Source: Giardia intestinalis (taxonomy: Eukaryota). Taken from it: a stretch of 64,000 bases of DNA. The notes beneath the pieces are model-generated. The model was not told the DNA's origin. It worked only from the letters and a program-made list of their open reading frames with translations, and did no database searches. Numbering within the stretch: position 1 is the stretch's first letter; each line of letters opens with the position of its first letter. The stretch is from the NCBI GenBank assembly GCA_000002435.2, contig CM018792.1. One strand, 5' to 3'. A program made the translations under genes and the position numbers. Positions 18,194 to 27,800 of this stretch are shown here, piece by piece.

Positions 18194-18200
18194 AGTAAAC
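18194..18200 (+). promoter_or_regulatory. AGTAAAC putative polyadenylation signal ~20 nt after the RPL32 stop
   Basis: Matches the Giardia AGTRAAY consensus. Confidence 0.35.
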
Positions 18201-18257
18201 AGCAAGACGTTGGTGTGCTCTAGATTTACTGAGCCTAATGGCCAGCCGCGTGGGCAC

Positions 18258-19472
18258 CTATGCGTGCATGTGCAGGAGGCTGCCGTCTCCAGTAAGCTCG
18301 TAAGCGGTGACTGTGCTCGTACAATCAAGAAGCAGGGCCCGCCTCTGGCCCCATGCTATGGAACGTACGGAGAGATCTGCTTCTTGCTGCTCATCAGAGT
18401 CTGCTCCGCTGGGGGTATCACTGCCTTTAGTATTGGTAACTCCCGCCGGGGATAACTCTGGACGTGTGCCTCGCTCTGCTTGCGTGCTGGAAATAGGTAA
18501 CGAGAAAACAGCATGTCTAGTGAAAACCCCGTCGGAGAACTTAAACACCGTTACGGAGCCACTGAACTTCCCGCATGTCACAAAAACAGAGTCCTCTGCC
18601 TTGTGCACGCTAAGAATATAGTCATGCGACTTAGTAAGGGAACGGATATCCATGTTCTGGTAGAAGATAGCTCCATCTTCAGGATCTGCCAGAGCCATTC
18701 CCATGGACCCCGTCGTCAAGCATAAAGACTCGGTGGAGTAATAAACAACACCGAGCGGAAACGGATACGCCGATCCGAAAATAAATATGTCATCAGAAAC
18801 ATCTTCAGAGTTCCCAAAGAGCACCTCCCGCTGAGGCCCGGAAGCGTCGAGATTCAGAAAGCCCAACTCACTCACTGCGTTAATGAATAAAAGCTCTGTC
18901 GGCCGATTCCTGCAAAAGGACAGATCTGCAATATTAGATGTGCTTAGCTTGATAGGCGCCTGGAGCCCAGAAGTATCACCAGCCAACAATGGGCCCAGCT
19001 CATACGCACAGATGAAAGTCCCAATAGACGCTACCAGGACTGCTCCATTAGTGGCCAAACAACTTACTGGGCCCACAAGGGCCAGCTCTGCTACTGCATT
19101 AACCCAAAGATTTTTCTTGTTGTTTTTGTCAATTGTTACGGTGTAGACACAGACGATATTGCCAGCTGCAGCAAGGATTATGCAGAACGGCTCTGTGCCT
19201 GTCTTAGTAGCCTCCGGATCTGTCTGTAACAGTGACCACCGGGGGGTGCCAGGATCAGATAGGGAGAGGACAGTGAACACTTCGCACTTGGGGATTTCTC
19301 CAACCTGAGAGATGTGCCCCGCTTCATTAAGCAAGTATAGACGGAGGTATCCAGAAGATACGTGCACATAAAAGTAGCTATCACCGCCATCTAAGAAGCC
19401 AACAGACGTCCCCACTATAGCAGCACCCTGCCCAACGGAGTACGGCCGGTACAGGGGCGCGAGCATATACAT
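18258..19472 (-). CDS. Hypothetical protein, 404 aa, probably beta-rich (possible beta-propeller)
   Basis: ATG start. Convergent with RPL32. Confidence 0.7.
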   Translation of the reverse strand: MYMLAPLYRPYSVGQGAAIVGTSVGFLDGGDSYFYVHVSSGYLRLYLLNEAGHISQVGEIPKCEVFTVLSLSDPGTPRWSLLQTDPEATKTGTEPFCIILAAAGNIVCVYTVTIDKNNKKNLWVNAVAELALVGPVSCLATNGAVLVASIGTFICAYELGPLLAGDTSGLQAPIKLSTSNIADLSFCRNRPTELLFINAVSELGFLNLDASGPQREVLFGNSEDVSDDIFIFGSAYPFPLGVVYYSTESLCLTTGSMGMALADPEDGAIFYQNMDIRSLTKSHDYILSVHKAEDSVFVTCGKFSGSVTVFKFSDGVFTRHAVFSLPISSTQAERGTRPELSPAGVTNTKGSDTPSGADSDEQQEADLSVRSIAWGQRRALLLDCTSTVTAYELTGDGSLLHMHA

Positions 19473-19532
19473 GGTGCACGGTCTAATAAATGTAAATTAC
19501 TAAAAGCAAATAGGACAGATTTTTTTAAAAGT

Positions 19533-19976
19533 ATGTCGATCAGTCTTGTATTCGTCAGCAGCGAGCAGGCCCCTGTGTTCACCGGCCAGATGCTTTTTAA
19601 TGGGAACTGGATGCCAATAGATGTCAAAGTGGAGATGTTCCTATTTTCGCTTCTGGATTTGGTTTATGCAAACCTTGCCAAGCAGATGGAGCAACCCACC
19701 GTAGATTGTCTCATGCTAAAGATTGCAGAATCGTTGGGCTATGTGGCCCATGCATATGTAACCGTTGACAGGTCCATACTCTTAATGTTAATTCCTGTAG
19801 AAGCCAAATGCAATTCTAATCAATTAAAGCTTTTTTTCCTTGCCGCAGAGGCTCTCCTTGCAGCCGAATCCATGAATCCGTTTTACAAGCGCTCGACACA
19901 CGTTATGGATGAACCCTTCTGCTTTGCTTTAGCCCAGAAGCTTCACGCCCATTTACTTAATAAAACTTGGGGTTAA
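19533..19976 (+). CDS. Sedlin (TRAPPC2/Trs20)-like longin-fold protein, 147 aa
   Basis: ATG start. The N-terminus SLVFVSSEQAPVF and the motif SMNPFYKRS resemble sedlin FYFVIVGHHDNPVF and SMNPFYEPNSPI. Confidence 0.55.
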   Translation: MSISLVFVSSEQAPVFTGQMLFNGNWMPIDVKVEMFLFSLLDLVYANLAKQMEQPTVDCLMLKIAESLGYVAHAYVTVDRSILLMLIPVEAKCNSNQLKLFFLAAEALLAAESMNPFYKRSTHVMDEPFCFALAQKLHAHLLNKTWG

Positions 19977-20001
19977 ATTTTGAAATTAAAAAGACTCCCT
20001 C

Positions 20002-21105
20002 ATGTATAATGCCAATCCAAAGCCTTCACAGCAGGGTGGAGCCCGCGAAAGCAGAGATTCTAGGGATGTGCGACAGCAGTATATCTTCCTCAACATCATC
20101 GGAAGCGGCTCCTTCGGGAAGGTCCACAAGGTCCAGTCCAGGACGAACGGGCGGATCTTCGCGTGCAAGGAAATCGACTACGCCAAGATGAGCGAGAAGG
20201 AGAAGAAGCTCCTCGTCCACGAGGTCAACACGCTCAAGGAGCTCAGCCACGAGAACATCGTCTCCTACATCGACCGCTTTGTCGAGCGCGAGAACGCGAA
20301 GATGTTCATCGTCATGGAGTACTGCGAGAATGGAGACCTCGCAAAGTACATCAAGCGGCACAAGACAGACAGGCGCTACATCGCTGAGGAGAAGATCTGG
20401 TCTGTCTTTGTCCAGCTCCTCCATGCCCTTAACTATTGCCATAGCATCCATAGTGAAGACGAGTCAGGTGTCCACAAAGTTATCCACCGGGATATAAAGC
20501 CCGGTAACGTGTTCCTCACTCAAGATGGCTCCATCAAGCTGGGAGACTTTGGTCTCTGCCGTACCCTCGGAGAAGATTCTGTGGCCCAGACAAACGTCGG
20601 CACCCCCCTCTACATGGCCATAGAGGTCCTCCAGAAGCAGTCCTACACAGAGAAGGCAGACATATGGTCCCTCGGCTGCGTCATCTACGAGCTCTGTGCC
20701 CTGCAGCCCCCATTCGTGGCATCTAACATAGAGTCCCTCAAGACGAAGGTTAAGCAGGGTGCACGCCCTGCCATACCGTCTCACTACTCTAGCGATTTGT
20801 CAGCTGCAATCGACTTAATGCTCAACCCCAATCCTTCAGCACGACCATCTGCAACAGATATCCTTCAGCACAGTCGTATCATTGAGATGAATGAGAGAAT
20901 AAAAGCTATGCCTGCATATGCTGCACAGGCGCCGCCTGAAATACCAAAGAGTGCTCCACCAGGCGGTGGACATGCCCAACGTGAACGTGAACTTCGTGAG
21001 TGGGAAGAACGCCTGAACACGAAGGAGCAGTCCCTACGAGCACGTGAGGAGCACGTTGACCGCACACTAGCAGCTCTGAACGCCGGAACATATAAAGGCT
21101 ATTAA
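20002..21105 (+). CDS. NEK: NEK-family serine/threonine protein kinase
   Basis: GSGSFGKVHKV, HRDIKPGNVFL, DFGLCR and a C-terminal coiled-coil tail. It is NIMA-like in the ordering of its conserved features. Confidence 0.88.
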   Translation: MYNANPKPSQQGGARESRDSRDVRQQYIFLNIIGSGSFGKVHKVQSRTNGRIFACKEIDYAKMSEKEKKLLVHEVNTLKELSHENIVSYIDRFVERENAKMFIVMEYCENGDLAKYIKRHKTDRRYIAEEKIWSVFVQLLHALNYCHSIHSEDESGVHKVIHRDIKPGNVFLTQDGSIKLGDFGLCRTLGEDSVAQTNVGTPLYMAIEVLQKQSYTEKADIWSLGCVIYELCALQPPFVASNIESLKTKVKQGARPAIPSHYSSDLSAAIDLMLNPNPSARPSATDILQHSRIIEMNERIKAMPAYAAQAPPEIPKSAPPGGGHAQRERELREWEERLNTKEQSLRAREEHVDRTLAALNAGTYKGY

Positions 21106-21195
21106 CCAAATGATAGTTTTTCCTTGATTTACAACGTGGCAGTAAACACATGTATAATCCGTATGTTAGAAGCTATGGGAGAAAAGCTTGGTGCC

Positions 21196-23343
21196 CTACG
21201 TGCCAGCGCTGTGGTTCTTATTATCTAAACGACGTTTGTCCCGTTCCTCGTGACTTTCCAGCAATGGGATAAAACGAGAGACAACATATCCTTCACAGTT
21301 GGTTGCCTGCTGGTTATCGAGACGGAGAATATTCCAAATATTGCGACGGAAGACCTCCAGCAGCCCAGCTATACTCGCTATCCAAAAGTCCCGTAGAGAC
21401 GGATGTGGAATAACTAAAGATATAGGCAAATAAATGCGGATTGCTATATTAAGAAAGAAGCAGAAGTACAGAGTTGGAATACTAAACAGAGATGATCGTT
21501 GCAAAATCCCTTTCCGGTATGCTTTCGAGTCTGAATGGATTTGCTTGAAAAGTAAGGCGCCCGAGCCCCCGCTGAATAATGCCCAATCCTCCACTGTATC
21601 CCAGTAAAGTTTATAAATTATCTCAACCCAACGGATAGAGTATAGCGTATACTTGATGCCCGATATTTTGACCAAAGCAGAGACCTCCATAAAGCAGCCT
21701 GGGATTGAAACCAAATACTTCAGCATATTGTGGATATTCGGATAGGCATTCCCGGACTCCTTATATCTACGCCCACACTGCATGGCTCGGATGATATTGA
21801 ATGTCGTCAGAAAGCATGCAGTAATGTAGTCCGGTATATAACCACCAGATAGGACGTAACACAAATCTATAATCATCACAGAAAGAGAAACACACTGATC
21901 CATGAAGAAGAATTGGGGAAAATTGATCCGTCGTACGCGGGGATTCAAGCAGCGGAGGAAGACCATCAAACAGTAATGCCTTAATTTGTGCCTTTTGGAG
22001 AAAAAGATGGCGGTTACGAGCCAGTAGAAGTAGAAGGCGAAAGGTATGCACAGCCAAAGCTCGTAAGGAGTCAACTGTGCAAGAGCTGCCAAGTATTTAC
22101 CAAATGGATAGGGAAGAGGTTCCGAAAAGGCCGGCTGGCCATGACTTGAGAGAGAGGTGTATGCACTGGCGGTGCCCATCACGATCGCAATGCAGTGGAT
22201 CGTTGAAAACCAAAGTGCACGGATAGCAATGGTGTTGGCCCCTGCAACCATATTCGCAGAGGGCAGCTCCAAGATGAGAACATAGTTGATACGCTTAACC
22301 TCATAGATAGCAAAAACCATAGCTAGGGAAAGGCTGTATATTACTATGCTTAAGTGAAAACGATTCAAGTGTCTGCAGATTGGAGGTAAATCTATTAAGT
22401 AGTGCTTTGACATGATTATGTTCAAGACAATATCCACCAGCATCAATGCTATGGGGACGAAGAATCCTAGGCTGACCCCTGTGTGCAGGGCTAGGCGCTC
22501 TCTTTGTCTGGAAAGATCCCCCATCGGAGTACAATAGGAGACCAGCGTTTTCTTTGCGCCCTTTCCTTTTGTATCATAGTGTTGGCCGTATACTCGTTCA
22601 ATGTCGTCCTCAAAGTCACTCAAAGCGGACTGAGATGCAAAGCTGGTCTTGATCAGTAACTCCTTTATTCTTTCGGTGCAGAATGCAGACGTGGGAAACA
22701 TTTTGTCATGCTTCTTAGCTATCTTGATAAAGCCTGTTTCATTGAGAGAGGTAAATTCCTTGAGCATGCGGACGCTCTTGTATAATTCAAAGATGTTCTC
22801 CTCCACGTCTTTAAGCTCTGATCTGGTAAGCTTGGGGTGGCTGCGTTTCTTTTTGCTCTCTTTAATAGCTCGATCTTTTCTGCTATGCCTGCTGAGACTT
22901 TTGTTGGTGATCACAAACTCCTTGGCTACTTTCAAAGACGACGTCTCAATGTCTTCTGATGGGGCTCCTGCATCTTTTTCAGATCCTGCATTATTAGCGC
23001 CGTCACTATTGTGCACTGAAACAAGTGGCTCTGGTGATAGGTGTCCTGCTTCTGAAGAAAGAATTGCTTGAATCGATTTCCACAGATTTTTGTATTCGCG
23101 GCATTTGCTCTGGTAAAAGCTCTCAACTTGTCCCACTGATAAGCGTAGTTTTTCATAGAAAGCCTCTGAAAACCCAGTCCTGTTCCACTCGCTACGCTCG
23201 GCTTCAAGCCGATCGTTGACCGGGAGAAGACGCTCTGAGTCGTTTACGTGCTCGTCGAGCAACTTCTTAAAGCCATTATAATCTAAATAGTGCTGTCTCC
23301 ACTCTGGAATGAGCGTACTTACAAGACGTTCGCCAAACTTCAT
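21196..23343 (-). CDS. SPX-EXS domain protein (XPR1/PHO1/SYG1 family phosphate exporter-like)
   Basis: The N-terminus MKFGERLVSTLIPEWRQHYLDYNGFKK is a canonical SPX start. The C-terminal half has multiple TM helices (EXS). Confidence 0.88.
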   Translation of the reverse strand: MKFGERLVSTLIPEWRQHYLDYNGFKKLLDEHVNDSERLLPVNDRLEAERSEWNRTGFSEAFYEKLRLSVGQVESFYQSKCREYKNLWKSIQAILSSEAGHLSPEPLVSVHNSDGANNAGSEKDAGAPSEDIETSSLKVAKEFVITNKSLSRHSRKDRAIKESKKKRSHPKLTRSELKDVEENIFELYKSVRMLKEFTSLNETGFIKIAKKHDKMFPTSAFCTERIKELLIKTSFASQSALSDFEDDIERVYGQHYDTKGKGAKKTLVSYCTPMGDLSRQRERLALHTGVSLGFFVPIALMLVDIVLNIIMSKHYLIDLPPICRHLNRFHLSIVIYSLSLAMVFAIYEVKRINYVLILELPSANMVAGANTIAIRALWFSTIHCIAIVMGTASAYTSLSSHGQPAFSEPLPYPFGKYLAALAQLTPYELWLCIPFAFYFYWLVTAIFFSKRHKLRHYCLMVFLRCLNPRVRRINFPQFFFMDQCVSLSVMIIDLCYVLSGGYIPDYITACFLTTFNIIRAMQCGRRYKESGNAYPNIHNMLKYLVSIPGCFMEVSALVKISGIKYTLYSIRWVEIIYKLYWDTVEDWALFSGGSGALLFKQIHSDSKAYRKGILQRSSLFSIPTLYFCFFLNIAIRIYLPISLVIPHPSLRDFWIASIAGLLEVFRRNIWNILRLDNQQATNCEGYVVSRFIPLLESHEERDKRRLDNKNHSAGT

Positions 23344-23428
23344 GCCCAGGATGTTTATCTTCGCCGATCACAAATTAGTACGAATTGGGGTCTACACACG
23401 ATTTACAATACAAAGAGATTACCAAGAA

Positions 23429-26400
23429 TTAAGTAATAGACAGATTGATAGAGTCAAATATCATAGATTGACCAGTCCCTGAAGCGCCTGCAAGTAATTC
23501 TGTTGTTGAGCCGGGGAGATGCATACACCTGGTTCTGCTGAGTTTCCTTGCAGACAAAAGCTTCCAGAGAAGAATGCCCAAGGCAATAAGAAGAAGAGCC
23601 ACTGCAGTGACTGATAACCCTATGGTTAGCGACAGACGGGCGTTTGAGGCTGGGGGTACAACTGGCACGTATGGACCAGCTTCAGAAAGACATAAAATCG
23701 GTCCCGGAACTGCTGGGCCAACGCATGATAGGCATCCTTGCATTCCAACATATCCGTTTTTCCCTTCTTCGTCAGAGCATGCCACACAGTGAGAGGGATC
23801 AAAGACCTCATAATCAGTGGCTGCAAAGTATCCTTCTGCGCACTGGGTACACTGAAGATTACTCTTACAAGATGCACAGGTCTTGGGACACTGGACACAG
23901 CTATCCCCATAGTAGCCGTCGGAGCACACGGTGCATATATTGCTGGAGTACTCGCACGCCTGACAGTTTGTGCTCTCACACGGTGTACAGGATCCAGAGA
24001 GCGGTCCATATCCTAGCTGACACTTGCTGCATACGCCCAACCCCTCGTCAGTAGCAGACTGGGCGCAGACGTACGAGCCTGGAAGTCTGTCCGACTGATA
24101 ACACCCACCGGAATACAGGAAATATCCTGGAGCACAGTGGGTGCAGATACCATTCTTTCCATTCAAGCAGATGAGATCTCTTGCGGCCATGTGGCAGTCC
24201 CCATTGATAGGATAGTGACCAGATGTACACTGTGAACAGTACGCAGTGCCGAAAATTACTGCATTGCATAGAAGACAATTTCGGGAATTCTCGACACACG
24301 CGTCAGTACAAGTACTCGACCCTGTCCCAGCAGAGTGCGCCTTTCCCTTGATACACGTCAAACAGTCGCTCTCCCCTGGTCCAGAGCAGGTTAAGCATGT
24401 GCTGTGACAAGCTACACAGGTACCCTCTACCAAGTGGTAGCCAATCTTGCACCTACTACAGTTATCAGCCAAGTCTGTGCATTCCAAACAATTTTGATCA
24501 GTACATAAAACACAATGCTTGGAGGATGAGCTGACGCCGAAGCTAGGTACAGCACATTTAGGAACACACGATGATCCCGCGGGGTCCACTACGTACGCCT
24601 TAATGGTACAAAGCTCACAGATAGTAGGATCAGATACGCATTTAGCACATCCGCTTACCTTGCACAGAACGCACTCGTCTTTCTGCAAACTGTATCCATC
24701 GTGACATGCAGTACAGTAGCCTCTGAGAGAGGCCACACATATCCCATTGCCAGGGACGGCTGCTATGCTGTAGCATCCGTTGCCGTGGAAAAAGTAACCA
24801 GCTGTACACTCAATGCACCTACCAGCTAAGCAGTTATTTCCACGAGGATCCGATGTGCACAGACCATTAATTGGAAACTCCGATAGCACCGAGCAACGCA
24901 TGCACGCCCCCGTTTGCATATCGCATGAGCCTATCGCGCACTTTCCTGAACCCTCGCCTTCTGTACACATATTGTAACACTTTCCCATGCTCATAATCGA
25001 CCCTGATTGACACTCTAAGCAGAGTCCAGGGTTTTCTGAGGAGCAAGTTAAACAATTACCTCCACATGGCTGACACATTGGGCCATAGAAACCCTTTTCA
25101 CAAACGGTGCACTTACCCAATGCGTTGCAAGTTCTGCAATGAGGAATAGCGCACGCTCTGCATTTTTTAGTGCTCATGCACTTTGTACAGGTGTTTAGCA
25201 AACCGCACTCAGCACACTCCAAGGAGCTGCATGAGATGCATTCATTTTCCCATAGATAATAGTCATGGACACACACTTCACACACTGTCTTATCGGCATT
25301 GCACTGCATACAATTATTTGTTAGGCATTTAACACAGTGAGAACCTGTGTCATGAGTGCCACTGGGACAAGTCTTCATACAGTGGACAACTCCGTTGGAA
25401 TCGTATAGCTTGTAATTGGGAAGACATTCGCTGCATAATATCGTGTCCTCAACCAGCCGACAGATCTTACATCCGGTCGTCGTCTGGTCCCCCTGAGAAT
25501 CCGTAGTAAGTGCGCAGCTATGGCAACGGCCACTATCGGTCCTATCGGGGTCCTTCTCAAAGAATCCGTCCGCACATCCACTGCACACAGGAGCTGATTC
25601 ACAGATACACCCTAGAGGACATACCTTTGGCTCCTCAACACAGAGTCTTGCCTCCAGCTCAGGAGTATAACCATTGTTACACACACAGCGAGAAGCATTG
25701 CTATCAGATACCGGGGTGGAGTGAGAAGGGCACTCCGTATCACAGGAGACTCCATCAATACTTACAAAGTGTGCAGTGTTGCTGCACTCAATACACATGC
25801 TCTCGTTGCATACTTTGCACCCCGATCCACACTGGATACATGTACCGGAAGACGATAGCCTAAATCCATACTGACATCCAGTACACACAGCAGCATCATT
25901 AGCACACGTCAAACAGTTCTCATCGGAGCATCTGGCACATTTTAGGTCGGCCGTCAGCCTAAAACCTTCTTGACATATATCGCAAAAGTTATGTCCGGCT
26001 TGAGCACAAGACACACAGTTGTCAGCGCACACGGGTGGTGGGCACTCAACCGCCCCATCCGCTTTAGTTCCATAGAAACACTCTGTGCAAACGCTTGGAT
26101 CTTCTGCGCACAACTTGCAATATCTGTCACTGCAGTTCATGCAAGCATTCTTATTCTCTGCTAGACCATATCCAAAATCACATATGCATTTTGTTGGGGT
26201 ACTAGTGTCGGGTTTGGAACCAGTCGGACAGGCAGCAATACACTCTGTTCCTGCCAAATTCATGTAGGGTGTTTCCGGTAAGCACATTTCACAGGTATCT
26301 CCAGCATATCCAGAAGTGCACCTGCTACAACCTGAAACCTTACAGGGCACGCATGACATAAAGCCAGGATAATATCCAGGAGTGCACTCAGTACAGCTGT

Positions 26401-27436
26401 GAGAGCTTTCGCATATCTTGCAGTTTGCTGAGCAGGATCTACAAGACATCGAATAGGCATCACCGTATGTGCCAATGGGGCATGCAGCGTAGCAACTGAC
26501 AAAACCAGTTGCAGAGTCGGTAAGACTATAGTAATTCTGGAAGCACTTGTGACACTGCACTGGACCCGGTGTCGATGGAAGAGTACATTGGGAGCAGAAC
26601 TCTATACCTAAATATCCTTCGTGCTGAGAGCTAGTATCTCCGCACCCAATGCATACTCTTTTAGATCCGATCATCAGCTCTTGCGCGTTCGCTCGGCACT
26701 TGTCACAGTCGTCTTTAGAAGAACAGACAGCACAGTGATGCCTGCACAGCATGCACACGCCTGTGCTATCAAGGAAAAAGCCCTCCTTGCAGCTTGAGCA
26801 TGTGCTCTTGCCATTTGGACACGAGCTACAGTTAGGAACCTCGCAAGGAATGCACATTCCGGTTGCATCAGTGGAAAATCCGTCGGCACACTGTGTGCAT
26901 TTGCCATCACTCACAGTACCTGCACAGACAAGCTTTCCGAGACTAGAGCTCTTGGAGACACAACCACCATTGAACAGGAAGGAGGAAAACCCGCACTTGG
27001 TGCACACGTTATTGGCACAGGTATCGAACGGATTTGCACTATCACAAATGCCATTGACCGGCACATAATCCAAATATGCACACTGCGAACAATACGTGGC
27101 GCCCCCCAGAACATATCGATTTTCAACTGCACATATTAGTGGCGCATACTTTCCATTGAGATCGTAACAGCCGTCTTCAAACAGCATATAGTCTGAGGTG
27201 CACGATCCGCACTTAGTATTATAGCCCTGCAAGGTGATGCATATGTTAGGGTCATCGGGAACACATATACCGTTAATAGGAACGGTATTGAAGGTCATGC
27301 AATCAGTACAGACTGTGTCTTCTCCTAGCTTAAGAGAATGGTAACACTTTAAATCAGAAGTAGCTGTTTCCACAGAAGAAAAACCCTTTATGCGAGCAAT
27401 CCGAAGGGCTAGTAATCCAACGGAGAAGACCAGCAT
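23429..27436 (-). CDS. High-cysteine membrane protein (HCMP, VSP-like CXXC repeats), 1335 aa, with signal peptide, one C-terminal TM and a cytoplasmic tail
   Basis: N-terminus MLVFSVGLLALRIARIKG. Hundreds of Cys in CxxC/GxC spacings. C-terminus VTAVALLLIALGILLW plus a tail, not ending in CRGKA. Confidence 0.9.
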   Translation of the reverse strand: MLVFSVGLLALRIARIKGFSSVETATSDLKCYHSLKLGEDTVCTDCMTFNTVPINGICVPDDPNICITLQGYNTKCGSCTSDYMLFEDGCYDLNGKYAPLICAVENRYVLGGATYCSQCAYLDYVPVNGICDSANPFDTCANNVCTKCGFSSFLFNGGCVSKSSSLGKLVCAGTVSDGKCTQCADGFSTDATGMCIPCEVPNCSSCPNGKSTCSSCKEGFFLDSTGVCMLCRHHCAVCSSKDDCDKCRANAQELMIGSKRVCIGCGDTSSQHEGYLGIEFCSQCTLPSTPGPVQCHKCFQNYYSLTDSATGFVSCYAACPIGTYGDAYSMSCRSCSANCKICESSHSCTECTPGYYPGFMSCVPCKVSGCSRCTSGYAGDTCEMCLPETPYMNLAGTECIAACPTGSKPDTSTPTKCICDFGYGLAENKNACMNCSDRYCKLCAEDPSVCTECFYGTKADGAVECPPPVCADNCVSCAQAGHNFCDICQEGFRLTADLKCARCSDENCLTCANDAAVCTGCQYGFRLSSSGTCIQCGSGCKVCNESMCIECSNTAHFVSIDGVSCDTECPSHSTPVSDSNASRCVCNNGYTPELEARLCVEEPKVCPLGCICESAPVCSGCADGFFEKDPDRTDSGRCHSCALTTDSQGDQTTTGCKICRLVEDTILCSECLPNYKLYDSNGVVHCMKTCPSGTHDTGSHCVKCLTNNCMQCNADKTVCEVCVHDYYLWENECISCSSLECAECGLLNTCTKCMSTKKCRACAIPHCRTCNALGKCTVCEKGFYGPMCQPCGGNCLTCSSENPGLCLECQSGSIMSMGKCYNMCTEGEGSGKCAIGSCDMQTGACMRCSVLSEFPINGLCTSDPRGNNCLAGRCIECTAGYFFHGNGCYSIAAVPGNGICVASLRGYCTACHDGYSLQKDECVLCKVSGCAKCVSDPTICELCTIKAYVVDPAGSSCVPKCAVPSFGVSSSSKHCVLCTDQNCLECTDLADNCSRCKIGYHLVEGTCVACHSTCLTCSGPGESDCLTCIKGKAHSAGTGSSTCTDACVENSRNCLLCNAVIFGTAYCSQCTSGHYPINGDCHMAARDLICLNGKNGICTHCAPGYFLYSGGCYQSDRLPGSYVCAQSATDEGLGVCSKCQLGYGPLSGSCTPCESTNCQACEYSSNICTVCSDGYYGDSCVQCPKTCASCKSNLQCTQCAEGYFAATDYEVFDPSHCVACSDEEGKNGYVGMQGCLSCVGPAVPGPILCLSEAGPYVPVVPPASNARLSLTIGLSVTAVALLLIALGILLWKLLSARKLSRTRCMHLPGSTTELLAGASGTGQSMIFDSINLSIT

Positions 27437-27800
27437 TTTATTTTCATCTTTTCATAAAATTAGCAATAGCTGTTGCATAGTGTAACCGGAGTTGTAAGCA
27501 GTGATTCACTACCCCTGCTTCCAAATACAGCAGTAAATACCGGAACGCTTAAGCATGCCTTTTTTCCAGGCAGTAGCCAGATTTCAAGAGTGTTATGTTC
27601 CAGCGGATATTCCGTCATGCGCTAGCTGGCATGGAGCGATGGACACGCCAACGTTGCTGTCGGCTTGGGGCGAGACGTCCATCCAATCAATCCTCAAACT
27701 GACTGACTTTAGAGTCAGTCGTCTCACGGAGCAGTGGTTGCACTGTGTCTTTTATATGTGTCTGCACCAAGGAGGGTGTGGTTGAAAGGCCCAAAAAACA

